DNA of 64,000 nucleotides from Bacteroidota bacterium (GTDB taxonomy: Bacteria; Bacteroidota; Bacteroidia; Bacteroidales; NBLH01), in the NCBI GenBank assembly GCA_025361565.1, contig JANYKN010000116.1, forward strand, positions 284,470 through 348,469, read 5' to 3'. The notes beneath the pieces are model-generated. The model saw only the letters and a program-made list of their open reading frames with translations. It did not search any database and was not told where the DNA came from. Shown here piece by piece: positions 48,171 to 58,609 of the stretch. Both the position numbers and the translations under genes were made by a program. Numbering within the stretch: position 1 is the first letter of the stretch; every line of letters begins with the position of its first letter.

Positions 48171-48282
48171 GGCTTTAATTATTAATTTGCTTGTAGGCTA
48201 TACAAATTTATGATATGCTTAAGAATAAAAAAAATATCTAACTTTATAATATATATTCTCCCATAAAATAATTCGAAAAATA

Positions 48283-49338
48283 ATGAAATTCAGAACTATA
48301 ATTTTGCTGTTAACCATCTTTATTTTTTATCCTATCCTTGTTGGTCAAAATGCTGAAAAACTGGCACTTAAAGACCGCTATTTCAGGCTAATGTTTTATA
48401 ATGTTGAAAACCTATTTGATACAGAAGATGACAGCCTCACAAATGACAATGAATTTCTGCCTGATCAGGGGAAATATTGGAATTACCATCGCTATCAGGA
48501 AAAACTGCAACACATTTCTACCACAATTGTAGCACTTGGTGGTTGGACACCACCTGATATTATTGGATTAGCCGAAATTGAAAACAGGAAAGTACTTGAT
48601 GATCTTTGCAAAAAAACGGGTTTGGCGAATTTAAATTACAGTATTATCCACAAAGAATCGCATGATAGCCGTGGAATAGATGTTGCCTTATTATACCGCA
48701 GGCAAACTTTCAAGCCAATTAGCTATCAGGCTATAAAGGTTGTTTTCGATTTCAGTCCAGGTTCAACTACCCGCGATATTTTATATGTATACGGAGTAAC
48801 AAATAATGAGGATACGCTGCACATTTTCATCAATCACTGGCCATCTCGGTGGGGCGGTCAATTAGATTCAGAGCGAAATCGCATGGAAGCTGCCAGAACA
48901 TTGCGATATGAAGTTGATTCGATTTTCAGAGAGAATCCAAGGTCTAAAATTGTAATATTGGGAGATTTAAACGATTATCCAGAAAACAGAAGTTTAACAG
49001 ACGTTTTAAAAGCAAATCGAACTTTCGAAAACATTATGAATAACGAATTATACAACCTAAGCGCCTTTATTGCGCAAACAAGTGACATTGGAAGCCTCAA
49101 GCATGAAGGAGTTTGGGGCATACTTGATCAGATTATTGTATCGGGAACTTTGTTAAATGCTAAAAATGGCCTATCTACAAAAAAAGAGAATGCATTTATT
49201 TTCAATCCTGATTTTTTATTGATCGATGATGAAAACTTTACAGGAAAAACGAATTTCAGGACTTACAGTGGATACAAATATTTAGGTGGATACAGTGATC
49301 ATTTGCCCGTTTTTATTGATTTGGATGATCTGAAATAG
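48283..49338 (+). CDS. Endonuclease/exonuclease/phosphatase (EEP) family protein, secreted
   Basis: 351 aa with a signal peptide and EEP blocks MFYNVENLFD, IGLAEIEN, INHWPSR and the terminal SDHLPVF. Confidence 0.8.
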   Translation: MKFRTIILLLTIFIFYPILVGQNAEKLALKDRYFRLMFYNVENLFDTEDDSLTNDNEFLPDQGKYWNYHRYQEKLQHISTTIVALGGWTPPDIIGLAEIENRKVLDDLCKKTGLANLNYSIIHKESHDSRGIDVALLYRRQTFKPISYQAIKVVFDFSPGSTTRDILYVYGVTNNEDTLHIFINHWPSRWGGQLDSERNRMEAARTLRYEVDSIFRENPRSKIVILGDLNDYPENRSLTDVLKANRTFENIMNNELYNLSAFIAQTSDIGSLKHEGVWGILDQIIVSGTLLNAKNGLSTKKENAFIFNPDFLLIDDENFTGKTNFRTYSGYKYLGGYSDHLPVFIDLDDLK

Positions 49339-49523
49339 ATGTTTCACTTCATCTTAATGAAAAAAATTAATTTGTATTAAGTGATTGATAAAAAAATGTG
49401 TATTAAGATATATATAACTTGATTAATTTCATTTATGAAAAACGTCATATTCTGTTATAAATAATATCTTCATATTTACATTTAATTTATACCTAAACAT
49501 CATTATTTCTAAAAAATTAATTT

Positions 49524-50741
49524 ATGTCTCTAAGCGTAATCGGTCGTTCATTGAATCAATCAGCAACTTTGAAGCTCAATGAAACAGCGGCCATCTTAAA
49601 AGCAAAAGGCGAACCAATAATCCATTTAGGAGGTGGTGAACCAAAAGGAAAAGCCCCATTAGATGCTATAACCCGGGCAGCAGCAATGTTGAATAGTGCG
49701 GAAATCCGTTATTCTCCACCAGATGGGACAGTAGAAGCAAAACAAGCAGTAATCCGTTATACCGAAGAATTTTACCACATTCGTCCCACACCCGAACAGG
49801 TTATGATTTCAGTTGGTGCAAAACAAGCTTTATTCTTTGCCATGCAAGCCATTTTAAACCCTCAGGATGAAATTTTATTTCCTGCACCGTATTGGGTTAG
49901 CTATATGGAAATGGCAAAAATGATTGGAGCGGTTGGTGTTCCTGTCCTTGCCGAAGACGGAGGATTTATTCCTCGGGTCAAGGATCTTGCACTGCGTGTA
50001 ACTTCCTATACAAAAGCCATTATAATAAACAGTCCCAACAATCCGACTGGAGCTTATTATCCACCAGAATTCATTGCCGAAATTGTTGAATTCTGCGAAA
50101 AAAAAGGGCTTTACCTGATTATGGATGATATTTATCACCGCCTGCTTTTTGATGGAAAAAAACCATACAGTGTTTATGATTTTACAAAAAATTATGATAA
50201 CAATTCAAAAATTATTGTTATCAATAGTGTATCAAAATTATATGCAATGACAGGATTGCGGGTTGGATGGGCTATTGCCAATCAAAAGGTGATTGAAGTG
50301 ATGACAAATATCCAGGCGCATACCAACTCTGCCCCATCTCCCATTTTGCAGGCAGCTGCCGCTGGAGCTCTTAACGGTATACAGTCTGGAGTTGACAGTT
50401 TAAGACAAACGCTCGAAAACAACCGCAACGTTATGTATGCCAGATTAAAGGCCTTTGAAGGTATACATGTAACCAAACCGGATGGTACTTTTTATATGTT
50501 TGCCGATTTTAGTGCCTATGAAAAAAGTTCAACGAAATTGGCCCATTTCCTACTTGAAAAAGTAAGAGTAACCGTTGTTCCTGGAGTTGAATTTGGAAGA
50601 GAAGGATTTCTTCGTCTATCTTACAACACTACTATCAAAGATATTACTCAGGGAATTGAAAGGATTAAATGGGCGCTTGATCCCAATTCACCAAACGAAC
50701 TATACATTGGAGAACGTAAATTAGTGAGGGACTGGGTATGA
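49524..50741 (+). CDS. PLP-dependent class I aminotransferase (aspartate aminotransferase-like)
   Basis: 405 aa with the blocks INSPNNPTG, MDDIYHRL and the PLP-lysine block NSVSKLYAMTGLRVGW. Confidence 0.85.
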   Translation: MSLSVIGRSLNQSATLKLNETAAILKAKGEPIIHLGGGEPKGKAPLDAITRAAAMLNSAEIRYSPPDGTVEAKQAVIRYTEEFYHIRPTPEQVMISVGAKQALFFAMQAILNPQDEILFPAPYWVSYMEMAKMIGAVGVPVLAEDGGFIPRVKDLALRVTSYTKAIIINSPNNPTGAYYPPEFIAEIVEFCEKKGLYLIMDDIYHRLLFDGKKPYSVYDFTKNYDNNSKIIVINSVSKLYAMTGLRVGWAIANQKVIEVMTNIQAHTNSAPSPILQAAAAGALNGIQSGVDSLRQTLENNRNVMYARLKAFEGIHVTKPDGTFYMFADFSAYEKSSTKLAHFLLEKVRVTVVPGVEFGREGFLRLSYNTTIKDITQGIERIKWALDPNSPNELYIGERKLVRDWV

Positions 50742-52399
50742 GTAAGTATTTGAAATTTGATACACCTGCACAAAAAAATGCAGGCGATTTGGCAGGCGAT
50801 TATAAATTAGCCAATCATGGTCTGGTTTATCTTGAACGTGTATTTTGGAATTTACCGGAACCAGCCTTATATGAAGAGTCCATTTTTAGGGGCGAAACCA
50901 AAATGATGCAGGGCGGATCGTTGGTTGTGCATACAGGCAAGTGGACTGCTCGTGCAGCTAATGATAAATACATTGTAAACGAACCCAACAATACAGGAAG
51001 AATTAATTGGGGAGAATATAACCGACCCTTGGATTCTGAAAAGTTTTCGGGAATTTTTAACCGAATACAAGCCTTTTTGCAGGGCGAAGAACTTTTTGTC
51101 CAAGATTTATACGTTGGAGCAGATCCGGATTATGCACTACCAATTCGAATAATCACTGATACAGCCTGGCAAAGTCTTTTTGCAAGGAATATGTTTATGA
51201 AACCTCGCACACGTGAGGAATATCGTAACCATGTACCTGAATTTACGCTAATTGCTTCACCTAAATTCAAGCTCGATCCAAGGATTGACGGCACTTTGAC
51301 TGAAACTGGTGTAATCATTGATTTCTCTCGTCGAATGGCAATCATTGCCAATACAAGTTACGCCGGTGAAATCAAAAAAACGATGTTCTCGGTAATGAAC
51401 TATTTGAAACCGCTCGAAGGTGTAATGGCCATGCATTGTTCTGCCAACGTTGGCAAAAAGGATGATGTGGCCTTATTTTTCGGACTTTCCGGAACAGGAA
51501 AAACTACTTTGTCAGCTGATCCCGAAAGGTTTTTAATTGGTGATGATGAACACGGTTGGAGCGACAATGGTGTTTTTAACTTCGAAGCTGGCTGTTACGC
51601 AAAAGGAATCAGACTTTCAGAAGAGGCTGAACCTGAAATACATGCAGCTACACACAGGTATGGAACTATTCTCGAAAACGTTGTTTATGATCCTACTTCT
51701 AGAAAGATTGATTTAAACGACGATAAGCTTACAGAAAACACAAGGATTTCGTATCCTTTGGAATTCATTGCCAATTCGGTGCCGCAGAAAATGGTTAACA
51801 AACATCCTGAAAATGTTATTTTCCTAACTGCTGACGCCCAAGGTGTTTTGCCTCCTATTGCCAGGTTGGATATAAATCAGGCAATGTACCATTTTATCAG
51901 TGGCTACACTTCAAAAATTGGCGGTACTGAAATAGGTCTTGGAATTGAACCCGAAATTACTTTCAGTGCCTGTTTTGGTGCACCATTTATGGTACATCAC
52001 CCATTCTTTTATGCCGATTTGCTAAGAAGAAAAATTGAAGCCTATGGCTCAAAAGTTTGGTTGGTAAATACAGGCTGGGTTGGCGGAAAATTCGGAATTG
52101 GTAAACGCATCAGCATCAAACACACCAGGAATATGCTCAACGCAGTATTGAACGGTGAATTGAATAATGTTGAATTCAGAACAGATAAATTATTTGGTTT
52201 TGAAGTTCCAACATCATGCCCCAACGTGCCAAACGATGTTTTTATACCCGAGAATGCATGGGGAAATAAAAATGAATATTGGCAAAAGTACGATGCCTTG
52301 GCTTCACGATATATTGAAAATTTCAAGTTGTTTGCCGATGGCATTCCTGCTGAAGTATTGGCAGCAGCGCCAAAAAGATTGAAGGAAATTACTATATAA
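50738..52399 (+). CDS. pckA: Phosphoenolpyruvate carboxykinase (ATP)
   Basis: 553 aa with the kinase-1a loop FFGLSGTGKTTLS and the blocks IGDDEHGW and NTGWVGG. Its start overlaps the upstream stop (ATGA). Confidence 0.95.
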   Translation: MSKYLKFDTPAQKNAGDLAGDYKLANHGLVYLERVFWNLPEPALYEESIFRGETKMMQGGSLVVHTGKWTARAANDKYIVNEPNNTGRINWGEYNRPLDSEKFSGIFNRIQAFLQGEELFVQDLYVGADPDYALPIRIITDTAWQSLFARNMFMKPRTREEYRNHVPEFTLIASPKFKLDPRIDGTLTETGVIIDFSRRMAIIANTSYAGEIKKTMFSVMNYLKPLEGVMAMHCSANVGKKDDVALFFGLSGTGKTTLSADPERFLIGDDEHGWSDNGVFNFEAGCYAKGIRLSEEAEPEIHAATHRYGTILENVVYDPTSRKIDLNDDKLTENTRISYPLEFIANSVPQKMVNKHPENVIFLTADAQGVLPPIARLDINQAMYHFISGYTSKIGGTEIGLGIEPEITFSACFGAPFMVHHPFFYADLLRRKIEAYGSKVWLVNTGWVGGKFGIGKRISIKHTRNMLNAVLNGELNNVEFRTDKLFGFEVPTSCPNVPNDVFIPENAWGNKNEYWQKYDALASRYIENFKLFADGIPAEVLAAAPKRLKEITI

Positions 52400-52429
52400 T
52401 TTTGAATTCATATTTACTATCAAACAAAA

Positions 52430-52464
52430 ATCTGTTCCTGTATATACCAGGAATAGATTTTTTC
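52430..52464 (+). terminator. Intrinsic terminator after pckA
   Basis: The stem ATCTGTTCCTG/CAGGAATAGAT (one G-U pair) is followed by T6. Confidence 0.75.
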
Positions 52465-52580
52465 TTTTTAAATCCAATGGAATTATCACTTTCAAAAAAC
52501 TTAACAACCTCCTACCAATTCATTTATTAAAACTCTAATGTTAAAAAATCTAAAATAATTTCCAAATCCAATTATTTTTA

Positions 52581-52588
52581 TACTTTTG
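52581..52588 (+). promoter_or_regulatory. Bacteroidota -7 promoter box for the TetR/efflux cluster
   Basis: TACTTTTG lies 36 nt upstream of the ATG at 52624. Confidence 0.45.
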
Positions 52589-52623
52589 TATTGTTTTAAT
52601 GAATGAATATTCACTCATATATT

Positions 52624-53211
52624 ATGGCAAGAACTGTTGATAATAGTAAGCTAGAAGGGATTAAGCAAAATGCAATTAAACTTATTGTTGAAAAAGGATA
52701 TGGTGGTGCATCCATTTCAAACATTGCTAAAAAAGCTAAAGTGGCTGAAGGCTATTTATATCGCTTTTATAAAAGTAAGGAAGAACTGGTTAGCGATCTT
52801 CTAAATTCTAAAATATCAGAAATAGCTGATAATTTAGAAGAATCAATCCAAAAAAGTGATTCGTTTGCTAAGATTATTGAATTATTGGTTCATGGAATCT
52901 TTGAAATGGCTGAAAAATCATCAAACGATATTAAATTTTTATACGTAATGATGAACGATTACAGCTTTTCGATAAGTTCTACAATAAAAGATCGTATTGC
53001 ACTTCTATGCAAAGAATTAAATGAAAAAGGAAAATCGTTAAGTCAGATTGAGGAAACGATAAGTGATGAAGAAATTTACATGTTCCTGGTTATTTATCCT
53101 ATCCAATTTATAAACCTTCGTTTCAAAAAGTTTTTTGGTAACTCCAAATGGACAAATAGTGATATTGAAAGAGTGATTGCCATTTGCAATAAGTCGTTAA
53201 AAAGTAATTAG
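52624..53211 (+). CDS. TetR/AcrR family transcriptional regulator
   Basis: The N-terminal HTH is KGYGGASISNIAKKAKVAEGYLYRFYKSKEEL. The ATG at 52624 (MARTVDN) is preferred because the track start lies upstream of the -7 box. Confidence 0.82.
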   Translation: MARTVDNSKLEGIKQNAIKLIVEKGYGGASISNIAKKAKVAEGYLYRFYKSKEELVSDLLNSKISEIADNLEESIQKSDSFAKIIELLVHGIFEMAEKSSNDIKFLYVMMNDYSFSISSTIKDRIALLCKELNEKGKSLSQIEETISDEEIYMFLVIYPIQFINLRFKKFFGNSKWTNSDIERVIAICNKSLKSN

Positions 53212-53307
53212 CACTTGGAAATTGACACTTCGACACGCTCAGTGACTATAGGTAGAAATTGAAAATTAAAAATAAATTTCATAAAAATCAACAAATAAAA
53301 CTACTAA

Positions 53308-54822
53308 ATGAAACAAATATTATTAAGCACAAGCATTGCTATTATTGTGCTTTTAGCGATTCCGCAGAAAAACAAAGCACAAGATACACTTCAAACCAAT
53401 TTGACATTTGAAGAATTGCTTTCTGTTGGTTTTAAACAAAGCCATGTAATAAAACAAACTGCTTTTCTGAAAGAACAAAAAGAGGCAGAATTGAAAGCTT
53501 CCTGTGGAATCCAATTTCCAAGGTTAAATTTGAATGCTAATTTTGTTCAAATGTCCGATGATTTGCATTTGGACTTAAATCCTGTTAAAGATGCGATAAC
53601 TCCTTTATACCAAAGCTTAAGCACTTATGGTAGTTTTTCGGGCGTTCCAAACCCCGCTGGTGGCGTGCTTCCCGATAATATTTCAACACAAGTGATGCGT
53701 GGGAAATTGGCCGAAGGACTAGAAACCATCAATTCTACAAACTGGGACGAAATGATTCAAAAGAAACAATTTGCAACCGTAAATTTAATGGCCACATGGC
53801 CCATATTTACTGGTGGAAAAATAATGGCATCAAAATCAGCTGCCAGATTGGGTGTTGAAGATATCAGTTATGTAAGTTCTGAGAAAAACAACCAGCTAAT
53901 CAGCGAATTGGTGGAACGATATTTTGGCCTATGTCTTGCCAAACAAGCAGAACATGTGCGCGAAGAAGTTTTAAAAGTGATGCAGGAACATTTGGATGAT
54001 GCCCAAAAAATGAAAAATGAAGGTATCGTGGCCAATGCGGAGCTTTTACATGCAAAAGTGTATTATTCCGAATCGGAACGTGAATTTAAAAAAGCAATCC
54101 GCTTTTCGACAATCACCAACAGGGCTTTGATTAATTCTATCGGACAAACCGAGGAAATTCAAATCAATCCGCTTTCGGAACTTTTTTATTTGGAAGAAAT
54201 TGAGTCGATTGAATATTTCAGGCAAGAAGCCGAAAAAAACAATCCACAACTAAAACAAATCGAATCGAAAAAATCGTTGGCCGAAATTGGAGTAAAAGTG
54301 GAAACCGCCAATTATCTGCCTACCGTGGCTCTAATGGGAACTTACGATGTGGTAAACATGGATTTATCTCCATATGTTCCAAAATGGATTGTTGGAATTG
54401 GCTTAAAATGGACCATTTTTGATGGTACAGAGCGCTTGCACAAAAGAAAATCGGCACAAATGAAAGTTGAACAGGTAAATGAATTTCAGCAAAAAGCAAG
54501 CAACGATGTTCAGACTGGAATTGAAAAGTATTACCAGGAAATTCAAATGAGCCTGGAACAAATTCAGGAATTAAACACTGCCACTGAATTTTCAGAAGAA
54601 TATTATCGGGCCAGACAAAATGCTTTCCACGAAGGAATGGCAACTTCAACCGAAGTAGTGGATGCAAAACTGATGCTTGTGAAAGTAAAAATCGAAAAAC
54701 TACAATCGGTATACAATTTTGATGTTTCATTAGCTAAGTTGTTGGAATTGTGTGGTTTGTCCGAAAATTTCATTTCATACCAAAAAAATCCAAAATCAAT
54801 CATAGAAACTTTTCATAACTAA
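53308..54822 (+). CDS. TolC-family outer-membrane efflux protein
   Basis: 504 aa with a signal peptide and two coiled-coil/beta repeat halves (LPRLNLNANF.. and YLPTVALMGTYD..). Confidence 0.82.
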   Translation: MKQILLSTSIAIIVLLAIPQKNKAQDTLQTNLTFEELLSVGFKQSHVIKQTAFLKEQKEAELKASCGIQFPRLNLNANFVQMSDDLHLDLNPVKDAITPLYQSLSTYGSFSGVPNPAGGVLPDNISTQVMRGKLAEGLETINSTNWDEMIQKKQFATVNLMATWPIFTGGKIMASKSAARLGVEDISYVSSEKNNQLISELVERYFGLCLAKQAEHVREEVLKVMQEHLDDAQKMKNEGIVANAELLHAKVYYSESEREFKKAIRFSTITNRALINSIGQTEEIQINPLSELFYLEEIESIEYFRQEAEKNNPQLKQIESKKSLAEIGVKVETANYLPTVALMGTYDVVNMDLSPYVPKWIVGIGLKWTIFDGTERLHKRKSAQMKVEQVNEFQQKASNDVQTGIEKYYQEIQMSLEQIQELNTATEFSEEYYRARQNAFHEGMATSTEVVDAKLMLVKVKIEKLQSVYNFDVSLAKLLELCGLSENFISYQKNPKSIIETFHN

Positions 54823-54853
54823 TTTAATATCTAATCATTATATCAAAATTATC

Positions 54854-55840
54854 ATGAACAAAACAAGAAATATTTTAGCCATTGGGGCATTGGCAATCAT
54901 GCTCTTTTTCCTATTGTACACAGTTATTATCGTTTCAAGACCAAAAGAAATTGTACTGCAAGGCCAGGTAGAAGCCACACAGGTCAAAGTAGCGTCTAAA
55001 TTGATTGGAAGGATTGACAGTTTGGCCATAAAAAAAGGACAAATGGTAGAAAAAGGTCAAATTCTATTCACTTTAAACAGTCCTGAAATTGAAGCAAAAC
55101 TTAAACAAGCTATGGCTGGCAGGCAAGCCGCAGTTTGGCAAAGCAACAAAGCCCAAAACGGGGCACAGGATGAAGATATCCAGGCTGCAATGAACAATTA
55201 TTTAAAAGCAGTTGCAGCAACCGATTTGAGTGAAAAAACATTTAACCGAATAAATAATCTATATAAAGAAGGTGTGGTTCCCGAACAGAAAAAGGACGAA
55301 GCCGAAACCCAACTGATTGCAGCCCAAGAAACTGCAAATGCTGCAAAAGCCATTTGGGAAAAAGCCAAAAACGGTGCACGCGAAGAAGACAAATCTTCTG
55401 CATTATCCATTGTAAATCAGGCCAGTGGAGTGGTTTCAGAAGTGGAATCCTACATCAATGAACAAATGATCTACGCCCCAATCAGCGGCGAAATTGCTAA
55501 TATCATTTCTGAAAGAGGCGAATTGGTGCCTTCGGGATTTCCTGTGGTAACTATTGTTGATTTGACTGACATTTGGGTAACATTTAACGTAAAGGAAGAT
55601 TTACTTGTTAAAATTAAAAAAGGCACTATCCTCGAAGCCAAATTTCCAGCTTTAAACAATCAACTTGTAAAGCTAAAAGTCACGTACATCAATCCATTGG
55701 GAGATTATGCAACATGGAATGCTACCAAAACTTCTGGCGATTTTGATATGCGCACTTTTGAAATTAATGCGGTGCCCATTGAAATAATCAAGGATTTACG
55801 GCCTGGAATGAGTGCAATTGTGGATTGGAAAAGTATCTAG
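54854..55840 (+). CDS. HlyD-family periplasmic adaptor
   Basis: 328 aa with an N-terminal TM, a lipoyl-like hairpin (GQVEATQVKVASKLIGRI..KKGQMVEKGQILFTL), coiled coils and a beta-barrel end. Confidence 0.85.
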   Translation: MNKTRNILAIGALAIMLFFLLYTVIIVSRPKEIVLQGQVEATQVKVASKLIGRIDSLAIKKGQMVEKGQILFTLNSPEIEAKLKQAMAGRQAAVWQSNKAQNGAQDEDIQAAMNNYLKAVAATDLSEKTFNRINNLYKEGVVPEQKKDEAETQLIAAQETANAAKAIWEKAKNGAREEDKSSALSIVNQASGVVSEVESYINEQMIYAPISGEIANIISERGELVPSGFPVVTIVDLTDIWVTFNVKEDLLVKIKKGTILEAKFPALNNQLVKLKVTYINPLGDYATWNATKTSGDFDMRTFEINAVPIEIIKDLRPGMSAIVDWKSI

Positions 55841-55971
55841 CAATTAACCATCAGTAAATCAATTTCTTCGTCCATGACTTGAATGAAATTGGAAATTGGA
55901 AATTTGGCAAAATCTGGAAATCTAGGATAGAATTCATTTCCAGACAATATATTTATCGACAAATCAACAAA

Positions 55972-57150
55972 ATGTTTAAAAATTTACAACCGCTTTTTAC
56001 CATCATTAACAGGGAAATTGATTGGATGATCTCGAAATGGGTTTACTGGTTTTTAACCGTAGTTGGCCCATTGCTTGGTTTTGCATTGGTAATTGGCATT
56101 TTTCACCAGGGCGTTGTTCGGGAGCTGCCAGTAACGGTTATTGATCAGGATCAAACAAAAACATCCAGACAAATTACCCGAATGATCAATGCAACTTCTA
56201 TTGCATCAGTAAATTCTAATTGTGCCAATTTGGCGCAAGCCCAAAGTCTGATGTATGATGGAAAAACCCAAGCTATCATTGTAATTCCTGAAAAACTGGA
56301 GCAAGGTTTATATCAAAATGCCCAGCCTGATATCATCGTGTATATCAACAATGCCAATATTTTAAAAGGTGGGCTATTGAAATCGGGAATTTATAAGGCA
56401 ATTTCTACATTTTCGTCGGGTATAAAAGTACAGACGGCCATGAAAAAAGGCGAAAATCATCATAAAGCATTGTCCGAAGCCAGGCCTGTGATTCTCGATA
56501 CCCACGTTTTGTTTAATCCATACAACAATTACTTTTATTTCTTGGCAACAGCGCTTATGCCTGTAATTTTAATTGTATTTACCTTATTGAGCGCCATATA
56601 CAGCCTGGGCTACGAGCTTAAAAATGCCACTTCGGAAGCTGCACTTAAAAAAGCCAACAATAGCATAGTGGTTTTAACAATTGGCAAACTATTACCATAT
56701 ACTATTTTATTTTTCATCCAGGCACTTATTTTCAATTACCTGATTTTCGGCTATATGGATATGCCTTTGACAGGAAGTTACAGTATTTTAATGATTTCTG
56801 AGTTATTGCTAATCATCGCGTATCAATTTCTAGCTGTTTTTATGGTCGGCATTTTAGGAAATTTACGATTAAGCGTCTCAATTGGAAGTGCTTACAGTAT
56901 GATGGCACTCACCTTTTCGGGACTAACATTTCCAGAATTTGGAATGCCTCTGATTGCAAGGGGATTTGGACAACTATTTCCGCTTTCGTATTGGCTTAAA
57001 GTGTTTACAGGTCAAACTTTACGGGCTGATCCGCTTTCGGTTTCAATGATAAATATGTGTTATCTGATCATTTTTATATTGATGGGAATGGTTTGTTTAC
57101 ATTGGCTGAAAATGAAGTATAAGCATGAAAAGTATTGGAGTAAAAATTAA
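55972..57150 (+). CDS. ABC-2 type transporter permease (YbhS/YhhJ-like)
   Basis: An N-terminal TM and a large periplasmic loop are followed by a 5-TM ABC-2 block. The ATG at 55972 (MFKNLQPLF) is preferred over the upstream TTG at 55879. Confidence 0.8.
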   Translation: MFKNLQPLFTIINREIDWMISKWVYWFLTVVGPLLGFALVIGIFHQGVVRELPVTVIDQDQTKTSRQITRMINATSIASVNSNCANLAQAQSLMYDGKTQAIIVIPEKLEQGLYQNAQPDIIVYINNANILKGGLLKSGIYKAISTFSSGIKVQTAMKKGENHHKALSEARPVILDTHVLFNPYNNYFYFLATALMPVILIVFTLLSAIYSLGYELKNATSEAALKKANNSIVVLTIGKLLPYTILFFIQALIFNYLIFGYMDMPLTGSYSILMISELLLIIAYQFLAVFMVGILGNLRLSVSIGSAYSMMALTFSGLTFPEFGMPLIARGFGQLFPLSYWLKVFTGQTLRADPLSVSMINMCYLIIFILMGMVCLHWLKMKYKHEKYWSKN

Positions 57151-57194
57151 GACAAAAAACTGCTTATTTTAAAGCTAATTATAAAATATCTTGA

Positions 57195-58418
57195 ATGAAT
57201 AAATTCTATAAAAAACTCACAACCATCATCTTAAATACCAAAGATGAATTGGTGCTCATTATAAAAGATCCAGCGGTTATTCTCATATTTGTCATTGCCA
57301 ATATGGTTTACCCGATTTTGTATTCGTTGGCCTACAACAAAGAGCAAATTAAAGATGTTGAACTTGCCGTGGTTGATTTGGATAAAAGTGCAACTAGCCG
57401 ACGCATAATGAGAATGTTGGATGCAACAGAAGGCGTAAAAATCGCCAAAGAACAAAACAGCTTGGAAGAAGCCAAAGAATTGTTCTATCAAAGCACGGTG
57501 AACGGAATTGTTTTAATCCCCAAAAATTTCGAAAAAGACGTATTTTCCAACACGCAAAGCGCGCTAAGCATTTATGCCGATGCAAGTTACTTTCTGATTT
57601 ACAAACAAATTTATGCTTCTACAGTACAAGCCTATCAAACTTTTGCAGCAGGCATACAGGTAAAAAAGTACATGGCAAAAGGTTTACAATTTCAAGCTGC
57701 CATACAAGCCATAAATCCAGTCAATCTAAAAACGGTTGAACTTTACAATCCAGCTTCATCTTATGGTTCTTTTGTAATGCCTTCCATCATTATAGTAATT
57801 TTACAACAAACCTTATTAATTGGGATAGGTATTTTAGGAGGAACCCGAAAGGAAATCCAACGATACAATTCTTTTTTAACAATAGATACAGATAAGAAAA
57901 AAATAATTCCTTTTATTCTAGGAAAAGCGCTTGCCTATTTCATCACTTTTCTATTCATTGGAGTTTTTACACTTGTTTGGATTCACCATTGGTTTAATTA
58001 TCCAGACAAATCAGGTTATTTGAATGTTTTGGCAATTTATATACCTTTTATTATTGCAAATATTTTCTTAGGATTGGCGATTTCAGTTTTTTTTAAACAC
58101 CGCGAAAACGCCATGCTCTTCATGGTTTTCACCTCTATCCCAGTCGTATTTTTAAGTGGTGCCACTTGGCCTGTTGAAGCCATTCCGCCCATATTGCAAA
58201 AACTTGCCTACATTTCGCCTGCATCCTTTATGGTTCCTGCTTATCAAAGGGTAAGAACAATGGGTGTCGATTTAATCCATGTTCGGCAAGAAATATATGC
58301 CATGCTCATTCAAAGTGTTGTGTATTTTGTTCTTGCTTACTTTGCATTCAAACATATGACTCATTTTTTGCTAAAAAGAGAAATTAAGAGAAATTCTAAA
58401 TTGATTGCTGACAAGTAA
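57195..58418 (+). CDS. ABC-2 type transporter permease (YbhR-like)
   Basis: 407 aa with the same topology as the preceding gene, of which it is a paralog. Confidence 0.8.
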   Translation: MNKFYKKLTTIILNTKDELVLIIKDPAVILIFVIANMVYPILYSLAYNKEQIKDVELAVVDLDKSATSRRIMRMLDATEGVKIAKEQNSLEEAKELFYQSTVNGIVLIPKNFEKDVFSNTQSALSIYADASYFLIYKQIYASTVQAYQTFAAGIQVKKYMAKGLQFQAAIQAINPVNLKTVELYNPASSYGSFVMPSIIIVILQQTLLIGIGILGGTRKEIQRYNSFLTIDTDKKKIIPFILGKALAYFITFLFIGVFTLVWIHHWFNYPDKSGYLNVLAIYIPFIIANIFLGLAISVFFKHRENAMLFMVFTSIPVVFLSGATWPVEAIPPILQKLAYISPASFMVPAYQRVRTMGVDLIHVRQEIYAMLIQSVVYFVLAYFAFKHMTHFLLKREIKRNSKLIADK

Positions 58419-58609
58419 TTACCTTCCTTTCAACTAAATATAAAACTTTATGGCACAGGTTTATGTATTCTATATTTTCATAACAATTTGATATTTAAAG
58501 TTTTTGACTTGTTTTAAAATACAATTATCAAATTTCATTAACCAAAAACTAATTCTGCTTTAGTTAAATGATATGATACATTTGATATAGATTATTTAAA
58601 CCTTAATGA

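Noticed and set aside
53224-53246. GC-rich GACACTTCGACACGCTCAGTGAC between the TetR and TolC genes, reminiscent of short CTGAGC...TCGAAG hairpin repeats I recall from Bacteroidota intergenic DNA
   Set aside because: There is only a 4-5-bp stem, a single copy in the window, and my recollection of the repeat family is too vague to support a call. A genome-wide count would be needed.
54046-54803. Minus-strand ORFs (67, 136 and 66 aa) inside the TolC-family gene
   Set aside because: They are antisense to a well-supported gene and have no motifs.
55885-55925. Reiterated TGGAAAT motif (TGGAAATTGGAAATTTGGCAAAATCTGGAAAT) between the HlyD and ABC-2 genes
   Set aside because: This is short, imperfect, low-complexity repetition in a 130-bp spacer, and the track ORF start (TTG 55879) merely reads through it. 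There is not enough structure for a regulatory call.
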